Of a DNA stretch of 64,000 nt, positions 54,991 to 64,000 are shown one piece after another. Position 1 is the stretch's first letter. Each line of letters begins with the position of its first letter. Source of the stretch: Phoronis australis (lineage: Eukaryota > Animalia > Phoronida); assembly GCA_002633005.1 (NCBI GenBank), contig NMRA01000023.1:1279081-1343080 (forward strand), in the 5' to 3' direction. Both the position numbers and the translations under genes were made by a program. Under the pieces are notes generated by a model. It was not told the DNA's origin, searched no databases, and saw only the letters and a program-made list of their open reading frames with translations.

Positions 54991-56419
54991 TGTAGCTTAA
55001 TATCAAGCAATAAGCAACTGTTAAGCTCATAAATCATTTATCTGCAAAAAAGCTATCTCCCTATCATAACAGTGGTTTTTAAACGCGTATTATTTTTTAA
55101 AGCTATTTTAAACCAGCCCTCCATCAAGAACACACGTTTGATTTTGGCCAATCACGGCTACGAAATTGATCTCAAATTGTTCCTTAGTCAATTTGGGAGT
55201 TACTAGATGATTTCGAAAGAACTGGCAGTTCGTTATTGCTTAAGTCCAAGCTTTACAAGTTGACTTGTCACGGCGTGTCATTTTGTTTGCCAAGGACAGT
55301 CTCAATAATAAACTCTCAATGCTTTGAAGCTCAGAAGTAATTTTCTGCCTGAGAACGGAACAAGTTGAGACCAATATCAGTAGTGGGTGCTTTAATTCAT
55401 GAGATGGCTTTTCAAACTAAAGGCAGGCTTACATGTATAGTCGCTTCAAAATGTGCAGCAACAGAAAAAGCCAGTGTCATTGAAAGAGAAGACAAGAGGT
55501 GAATATATTTGTCGCGTCAGATGTTTGAGGGAAGAGTTCAGCATTGTATGTTTTGTTTGCGATTTTAAGACAAAACAGGGATGCTAATCTGTCTTGAGAG
55601 ACAGAACTCGTGTTATCAGTATCGTCTGTGATGAGATCGTCTCAAACCCAGATTTCAGATGGGATTGAGAGACAATTTTGGGAAAACCATCAGTCTCTTC
55701 TTTTGGCCTGAAACGATCGCTTAGAAGATAGGAGAACGTTCGCGATCTGTATTTCTGCTGTACACTTGGCTGTGAACAACTTCGATGACCGAATCGATCC
55801 ATCAGTGCCATTGAGTTTTTAAAGTGGCGATAAGCCTACACTTACATTCCGTCGAAAAAAAATTAATTTCTGATTTAGACCACTTAAAGCTATAAATTGG
55901 TCTCAACTTGTTCCTTACTCAGACGTGAGGTCATTTTAGGTTTGAAGTTGTAATTTTATACTATTATTCCTCGAGATCATGCTCGACGAATATAACGACA
56001 CCTGGTGTAGAATCAACTTGCGCAGCCTGGCCTCAGGTAATAACAGACACTCGCTTCAAATCTCACAAATCGCACGTGTCTTGACTAGGGAACGAATTCA
56101 TACTAATTCCATAATGCTAAGATGCTTCTGTAATGAAGAGGGCGTGTTAAGCCAGTTAAGATTTTAACAAAAAGAATCACATCCGACTCTTCTCGGTAGT
56201 TTTTAAATTATAAAAAAAATATTCCAAGTACAAAGGTTTCTACAAAATTATTAAAAATGCAATATATAACCTCAGCAGCAATAAAATTACTACCATGATA
56301 TTCTGCCTTTCCCTGGCTGCAGCATCTATATACTGACAGATGACAACAATTTGATTCGGTTATAATGACCGTAAATATGGCTCTGCCATTGATAGTCACA
56401 TTTACATTAACAGTGTATT

Positions 56420-56700
56420 GCTTTCTCAACGGGTATTCTAATAAAACATGCCTTTCATCTCCAATACTATTAAAAGAACGATACAAACAAATGCGTTCTT
56501 CCCTTGGTAATCCAATATACGTCTGTCAATCTCGGCTGCTGGTTTGTGATTAGCACATCTGAATCTTTCGGCATTTTTGACATGTAAATATCTAACATAG
56601 CTTTCAATAATAAAGTCATTTTTGTTTAACTTGTGCGTATCCGGTTTACTCAGAGATGAGAACCTCCCTGCCACTCTTATCTGTCGACATCTAAACACCG
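56420..56700 (-). mobile_element. LINE (RTEX-like) ORF2 C-terminal zinc-knuckle fragment
   Basis: F..ESY...RFRCANHK...EIDR / GLPREERIC...NSIGDERHVLLEYP matches the RFR..H.L.IE.GR...R..R.C..C...GDE.H.LL.CP motif. Confidence 0.7.
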
Positions 56701-57077
56701 TTGCTTGAATTCGCTTCGGAATAGTTCACCATTAACGTCGCCCTGCTTTGCTCACAATACCGAAAAGAGTCCTCTACACAAGTTGTTTAACTTTTAGTTC
56801 CCAGGTGTTACCACAGGATCATGCTGAAGCTTATAACATATAGCGACATGTCGGCAATCGCCTAACTTTCGTAATTTTATCTAATTCTTCATTAGCCTTG
56901 GAGATCCCTGGCCTCATGTCCGTGTTGTACGATAGGCATTGTTTCGAGGTTAAAAAGGTTGTAACCAAACACTTTCTGGAACATTTTAAAATTGAAACAT
57001 ATAACAATAAACTGTGCTTTGGCAGCCTGACTTGACAATTTTAACTGTGTCTTCGCCCACACTCACTTGACGACACG

Positions 57078-57225
57078 ACAAGAATTGCATGATGACACTT
57101 GGCTTACCTTCAAATTCAACTGCTGCCTGCTGGTGTGGTAATTGGCCCAATAATGTTGCACACTCAGCAAAATTAATGAGGAACATCATATGGCAAGATT
57201 ATACAAATGTTTCAGGTTGCATGAC
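57078..57225. repeat. Dispersed repeat family D, copy 2
   Basis: Matches 15255-15400. Confidence 0.65.
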
Positions 57226-57253
57226 GTGAAATTCTCACATATATTGAATAACT

Positions 57254-57454
57254 GTCTGGATGGACTCATTATCCAGAGAGTCCAGACAGCACCCGTCTGG
57301 ATGGACTCATTATCCAGAGAGTCCAGACAGCACCCGTCTGGATGGACTCATTATCCAGAGAGTCCAGACAGCACCCGTCTGGATGGACTCATTATCCAGA
57401 GAGTCCAGACAGCTCCCGTCTGGATGGGCGCATTATCCAGAGAGTCCAGACAGC
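57254..57454. repeat. Minisatellite, 41-bp unit GTCTGGATGGACTCATTATCCAGAGAGTCCAGACAGCACCC, about 5 copies
   Basis: Near-perfect tandem units. Confidence 0.9.
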
Positions 57455-59690
57455 TCATTCCCATATGTTTCGTCATGCTTATATCACAAGTCTATTCAGG
57501 TGAAGGTAATTGAGCGCGAACTGCTTTCCGTATCAGTCAATCAGCTGAAGTCAAAGTTTTCAATTGCGTAAACCCAGTTATAGTGAACCGATTTTTATGA
57601 TACAAACACATATTTCGGTTACTTGTTATGTTCTACATGTTTGTAGAGTCATTAATTCTTGATAATGTGTAGTCTTTCATAAAGCAGTTTTTATACTTTG
57701 ATAGGCATGGTTGTTTATTAGATTTTATGACCCTGCTCGCAACATTCGATTAACTGTGTTCTTGCACGGAAATACGCTATTTATGAATATCGCTGACCGA
57801 AATTAAGTCCAGACGCCTCCAGCTTAGCCTTGTGCATAATACTGACCGGGGTGTCTGGACCTCGCCTCTACGATGGTTGATGTAGCAGTAAGTGTAAATG
57901 AGAAATTCATGTAATGTGCAAAATCCCAGTCTTGTCCGATTTTGAAATTTCTATAACCTAATTACGTGTACCTGTCACGAACTATTCAAATATGCTATTT
58001 AAAAACTTTCAAAACGACAATAATATTAAAAAATACCGTTGTCGCCCCATTGTCTTTATGGTGGGCCTCATTACATAGAGAATGATAACACTAACAGTCT
58101 GAGGCGATGTAACTACAACAGCATGGTGTCTTTTGATAAATGCCGGCAGATTTCGAGGTACGCAAACCGGTCGAGTTGCCCAACCTCCAACCTCGACCGG
58201 TGAGGGTGTCTACGTAGGATTTTTTTCAGGCAATATTTTTAACATGATGATACATAAACCCTTTTCTTCTTTAAAAAACGATTTCCGTAGCTTTAAAGGT
58301 AACCACCATTTCTGAATACAACAATCTTGGTTTCAGCTTCATTATTGATAAGTTCCCATTGTTCACAATACTGTTAAAACTTGTCCTCTTTTAATTGATT
58401 GAAGATTAAAAATGACCGACTCATCGGCAAATAGTTGGAAATACACTCGATATTCCAGAATTACCCTCTTGGGGCTCACGTTCCAAATCATTAATATAAA
58501 AAGAAAACAAAGGAAATGCTCCTCTGGAAACAGCAAAACCAGAGGGCAGTGCTGCGGCAAGTTCTCACAACTCTATATTTGGGGGGCAAACAACTTGAAT
58601 AGGCGATTTCTTGGACACACCCGACAACAAAAAACTGCTGAATTTGTTGACTACCAGAGAAAAATAGGGGTGTCAAATGGCAGGAGGTGGTTTTTGTCAA
58701 ACCAGTCATGACTCAGTGGCGGATTTAAGGGGGGCATGGTCCCCCTAAAATTCTCCCAGATTCCATTTGGCAGTTTGGGGGTGCGAATGTCTACCGGGCA
58801 AAATCCTGGAGTGCGTTCAGTAGACGCTAGGACCTACGCTAGGACCTAGTTAAAACCTAGTCAAAGTCACCTGTTCTCTTTTAAATTGCACGGCAAAGTC
58901 TCACGTAATCTCGCGAAGTCTTGCTTTTTAGCGGGGTCCTAGCGTTACTGAACGGGAGGCAGGCTTATACTCTGCCCTGCCCTCCAACTTAAAAGCCTGG
59001 ATCCGACCCTGGAATGATGTTGGGGAAGAGTTTATATGGAAAATTAATCTCACACAAACCCAAATCACCAACGTGCGTGCGGCGCTCACAAACGATGTCC
59101 AAATTTCCTCCCTTTGGACACTCACGGACGTTCTCACTAGCGTCTTTCTATTTCAATCCCGCATTTTTTTCTCCTTGGCGAGAAGTATATCCCTTCTCAC
59201 CTACCACAAATTTTATTTTCTCTTTCCCATACCGGCATACCACAAATTTTATCACACGAATTTTTTTCTGGCAAACAATTGTTCGAATAAGAAATGCTAC
59301 AATTACGAGCCCCTGTCAAGGACAAAAACAGTCTGCCCTGAGTTAACTAGTCACGCGTGCTCGGGTGTTACTTGAGGTCGGGCTGTACTAAATCTTGATG
59401 TAGCTACAGAACTATTTTAGCCCGTTTTACATGATGGTATTTACACCCGAGTGTATAGTTACGTATGTTGTAGATTTTTGCCGTATAAACGCAAATACAT
59501 CGGGTGTAAGGCTTTAACTCGAGTGTATAAGTATACCACCTTCAGAGTCTTGTAAGTGTAAATTTACACACGTGCAAATTTTCACGTGACGCATATGAAC
59601 ACGATTTAAATTCACCAGGGGTGGAAAAGCATGAACACTCCGCCAAAAGTACCATTACTAAATTATTTCTGTTAACTCATCTCTTCTTAA

Positions 59691-61784
59691 AGAGGCATGG
59701 AACTAAAAAACAGACTAAATTGCATAATTACTGTTGTTCCTGGGTTTTCTTCAATGTTATTACTCTGCGCGTGCAAGCGCAGAGTACTGTTGTTCCTGGG
59801 TCTTCTTCAATTTTATTCTTCTTATTACTCTGCGCGTGTAAGCGCAGAGTACTGTTGTTCCTGGGTTTTCTTCAATTTTATTCTTATTACTCTTCGCGTG
59901 TAAGCGCAGAGTACTGTTGTTCCTGGGTTTTCTTCAATTTTACTCTTATTCTTCTTATTCTTCTCATTCTTCTTATTACTCTGCGCGTGTTTGCGCAGAG
60001 TACTGTTGTTCCTGGGGTTTCTTCAATTTTATTCTTCTTATTCTTATTCTTCTTCCGACCAACTTTGAGGCTTAATAACTTCAAATTGGGTGCAGGTACG
60101 GTCTTTAAATTCAGCATATGACTTTTGACAGTATATGAATTTTGATTGGTTATATAATCATATTCCATATTGCACCGGAAGAGGTCGTTTGGTGGAAAGG
60201 TCATATAATTTTCAAAATGCTACTCCTCCTTTAGTTTTAAAGCTATCTTTTTCAAATTCGGTGCACATGTATAAGTCAACATGACAATTTTGTTAGTAAT
60301 CGGGTCATCCAATTATGTGAAATAGGTCAAAGGTCATTAGGTGCAAACTAAAATTTTGAGCTAGACACTTAAAATTAGCAGGTCAGATTGCCACAGGTAA
60401 ATCAAATCGGAATCCAAAGTTTCAGGTCATTTAGTGCAAACATGGGGTCATTAAGTGCATTTTTCTTCTGAAAATTTGACCTTTTCAATCAGCAATATTC
60501 TGATGTGTCAACCGTTAGACAACTGTGATTCTCATCGTTCAACACATTTTCCATGGGCTTTGCAATATGTCTCCTAAAGATGCTTAAAATGCTCCGGATA
60601 AGGTCAATTAGTGCAAAGGTCATGTAACGTTCAAAATGTTATATGTCTTACGTTTTTCAAGGAATTCTTTTCAATTTCAGCACACTGTTGTAAGTCAACA
60701 TGCCAATTGAATACCCTACTTTACTTTGCAATAGGGCTAACCAATCAAAAAAATAGGTCAAAGGTCATTGAGTGCAAACTAAAATTTTGAGCTAGAGACT
60801 TCAAAATTACATATCTGTTTACTAAGTGCGATTGAGTTTGAATTCTAAATTTTCAGGTAATTTGGTGCACCCATGGGGTCATTAGGTGCATTTTTCTTCT
60901 GAAAGTTTGACCAATTCATTCATCTTGTATTCTGAAGTGCTTAAAGTAAAACATCTGTGATTTTTAGCATTAACCACACTTTTAATCGAGTTAACAATTA
61001 TTCCCTCATCGGGGCTCATAATGCACCGGAAGAGGTCAATTAGTGGAAAGGTCATCAAAATATTAATATGTAATTTCTCCTACAATTTTAAAGAATTCCT
61101 TTTCATATTGGTAAACGGGTTGCTGCCAGTAACTTCCCATAATAATTCTAGTAATACGCACGCGCAGAGTCCATTATTGTCACGCCGTCACAATAATCTT
61201 TCTAGTTCAAAGTTGTTCTCTGTCACTGAATTACAATAAGTTTTGTTGATGTCAAAGCATCTTTCTTTTAGTTCTGAATTTCGTCGATTTTTCTCCCACA
61301 AGGCAAAGCACGTAGCGTCATTTGGTATGGCAAGACATAGACCTTCAATATAGGCAAAACGACTTCAAGGCAATTGGTTGAAGTCTTAAGTATTTAAAAA
61401 TTAGTTATAAATATACCACAGTATTCAAATATATGCATTTAGAATTCCTTCAAGGAAATCGTTTCCTTCACTGGCTTGTCTCATACTGTGCTGTCAGGGT
61501 GCGATCACGCATGATAATTTGTCGTTTAAAATACCCATCTCTTCAGTAAGCTGTCGAATGATTGTGAGCGCATGCGCGCATTTAGTATAAGTATAAGAGA
61601 TGAGAAACTCTGTGATGACTACCAAGTTTTCCTTGGCGCGTATTTCAAAAATCGTGAATTTTGTGATTTTTTCTGGATTCCCTCACAGGAGAAAGTGAAT
61701 AACTCTGTACGAGACGTTGCGAGATGGTACTTTCGTCAAAAATTGTTTAAATGACATTTTTGACAAGCTGTCAAGCATGGCTCT
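59691..61784. mobile_element. Kolobok-type element K2, copy 2, interrupted by a Helentron-like insertion
   Basis: TTAA|AGAGGCATGGAAC ... AAGCATGGCTCT|TTAA; the flanking parts align with 33354-34013. Confidence 0.75.
59730..61205 (+). mobile_element. Helentron-associated non-autonomous element (HINE/DINE-1-like) with tandemly repeated 5' terminus
   Basis: 5' subTIR CTCTGCGCGTG with adjacent IR GCGCAGAG, (TTC/TTA)n microsatellite, internal tandem of about 430 bp, 3' subTIR CACGCGCAGAG (61159-61169), 3' stem-loop attattgt...acaataat, CTAG end, inserted at TT. Confidence 0.8.
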
Positions 61785-62259
61785 TTAAAGCAACACCACT
61801 TTATTTAAATATCCAAAGTATACCCTTTTGTCACGTGTGGTTTGGTAATTATTAAAATGCAGCAGCTGCTGTTGCTGCTGCGGCTTTTTATGCCACGGTT
61901 AAACGGAATATGCAACAACTCTTTGCGACACAGTGCATACTTCTAAACCCATCATTACAAATCAGCTTTTCGGTTCACTTTGCAAAAGTTCGTTGTTTAC
62001 TTTGAAAGATAAATTTCCAAAAGACATCGCGTCATCAGCGCAACCCGACCAAGCCATCGCGTCATGAACGCGACCCGACCAAGTCATCTGGTGTTTACAT
62101 CATTAATGATATGATCAGTATCAGTAATCACTCACCAAAAATAATCAAATGACCAGGTTGTTGAAACAAAAACCCCCAAACAATATTTCGGACACGGTCA
62201 TTGACATACGACATCATCGATAACACTACTTGACCATCGCAAAAATCACAAATTTATAA

Positions 62260-62610
62260 TTCAAATGATGGCATTGCGAAAATTGAGCGCAGCATGACCT
62301 ATCAAGTAATTGGTTGCAATTGTGTTAATTCCACGTATACATGAAAACAGGAAAACGCTTTCGTAGCTCCACCAGGTTACAAAAAGTGCCACGGTTACCA
62401 AATCTTGTACGCATTAATCTACAACTGGACTCAAACGGTGGATTGTTTTATTCATTTCTAATACGATTGAGAAAAACGAGTAGACCATATAGATGGGCAT
62501 CTGCCATTTGACAATTTTCAAACCAACTTTCGTCGTTGAAATTTTAATTATTAAATGTGTTTTGCCACCACTGAGTCCATTGATCTTTCTTAATACATTC
62601 ATACTTGCCG
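62260..62610 (-). pseudogene. Decayed PIF/Harbinger transposase N-terminal fragment
   Basis: KKDQWTQWWQNTFNN*NFNDESWFENCQM / ...LEMNKTIHRLSPVVD*CV...VALF resembles the WW......F.D..W.ENFRM...L....T..R......RV..AL motif. Confidence 0.5.
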
Positions 62611-63027
62611 TTTGAAAAACAGTTCCAAACGCAATTCCGTGGGGATCGCAACCCTAGCCCCAGGGCTACTCGTCGGCAAAGAAATTGTTCTAGAATAATC
62701 CTCTTCACTTGTAAACATTGCTTGTGTCGATTTCGCTGCAAAGTGGTGCACGAAAATATTGCTGTTTTCCCCATACAAACGCGATGTAAATTTGCATTTA
62801 GACCCAGGTGTAGATTTGCGTATGGTGTATATTTACGTACCAGTGTAAAAGTGCTGCATATAAACGGCGCTTTTAACTCTTTTATTACGGTACCAATCTG
62901 CAGACATTTTCATCTACGTTGGTTTTGGCATATACAGTTACGACACCACTAAAACGTACTTTTAAACTATAGTTTTTTGTCCAGTGGTCAGAAAAAATGA
63001 AATTTAGGTCACTTAGTCCAACTTTGA

Positions 63028-63277
63028 GTTTCTTCTTCACCACGACACGGTTTCTTCTTCACCACGACACGGTTTTCTTCTTCACCGCGACACGGTTTCT
63101 TCTTCACCACGACACGGTTTTCTTCTTCACCGCGACACGGTTTCTTCTTCACCACGACACGGTTCCTTCTTCATTACGACACGGTTTCTTTTTCACCACG
63201 ACACGGTTTCTTCTTCACCGCGACACAATTTTCTTCTTCACCACCACACGGTTCCTTCTTCACCATCACACGGTTTC
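63028..63277. repeat. Minisatellite, 21-24-bp unit TTTCTTCTTCACCRCGACACGG, about 11 copies
   Basis: Tandem units read directly. Confidence 0.9.
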
Positions 63278-63423
63278 ATTTTTGTTGTAGATAGGAGCGT
63301 CCAAAACGTTTGCAAGTAAAAATGCTCCACAGTATCTTAAAGATATCCTTTCTGTCACATTCATCAATTTAGACCACAGGATGAGTTTCGTCAATCGAAA
63401 GATTTCACTAAAATATAAACATT

Positions 63424-63735
63424 CAGTGGCGGATCTAGGATATCACAAGGGGGGTCCAACATTTTGTTCGGCCGTAAGCATTTGCGCCAACCACGATTGT
63501 AGATGCGCATAGCACCTCCTTCTCAGGAAATTTTTCTGTTTTTTCCTCTAAAAATCAAGCATTTTCCTTGATTTCTGAAGTATTATCCAAGAAAAAAAGG
63601 CAAAAAAAGCACGTGTTACACAGGAAAAAGTGCTATCGCCACAGATTCGAACTCACGACGTGGGTGATACGACACGCGTGCTTTACCACTACACCACCAC
63701 GATTTCTCTACTAATCTAAGATTAAAGGCACTATT
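63424..63735 (+). mobile_element. hAT-MITE-like end carrying a tRNA-derived segment (family T, copy 2)
   Basis: Starts CAGTGGCGGATCTAGGATATCACAAGGGGGG; minus-strand tRNA-like GTGGTGGTGTAGTGGTAAAG...GAGTTCGAATC at about 63637-63702. Confidence 0.7.
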
Positions 63736-64000
63736 TCCGCTTCATTTTTGTTAAAAACTTCATGAAACGGATCTTTACGCAAACACTTTTATTCGAAACC
63801 TAAGCCCAAATAATAGCCTTTGCCATGGCATCGAATTTTTTTATAGTGAACTGAATTTAATACAGATTTTTTTAGCTTAATTTTTTCATTTTGTGTGGTG
63901 CACCAAGAAATAAATGGATGCCGGACGAAGTGTCAATCGAAGATTCGAGTGTCGAATATGAACTTGGAGTTTCGGTTAATCTCAAGATCGTGTACAGGCC

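Noticed and set aside
57190-57571. Repetitive ORFs and a CRISPR-like appearance
   Set aside because: This is a head-to-tail 41-bp tandem with no unique spacers and no cas genes, in a eukaryotic context.

Overview
This is AT-rich, repeat-rich animal (probably marine invertebrate) genomic DNA, not a prokaryotic window. One intact protein-coding gene can be reconstructed: an 8-coding-exon BDH2/DHRS6-type short-chain dehydrogenase on the + strand (16981-31474, 247 aa, all introns GT-AG and phase-compatible). The rest is non-coding and filled with mobile-element remnants: TTAA-flanked Kolobok-type elements, a CAC...GTG element with a 5-bp TSD (Transib-like), a Helentron/HINE-type element nested in a Kolobok element, decayed hAT and Harbinger transposases, L2/RTE/RTEX LINE fragments, MITEs and many minisatellites. 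The most unusual structure is at 42.7-43.85 kb: two head-to-head copies of an element with a long terminal hairpin and a tRNA-derived segment. They appear to be inversion isomers, and both sit in a 38-bp minisatellite that shares the element's TATACCAC terminal motif. Family assignments come from motif recognition by eye; no database search was run.
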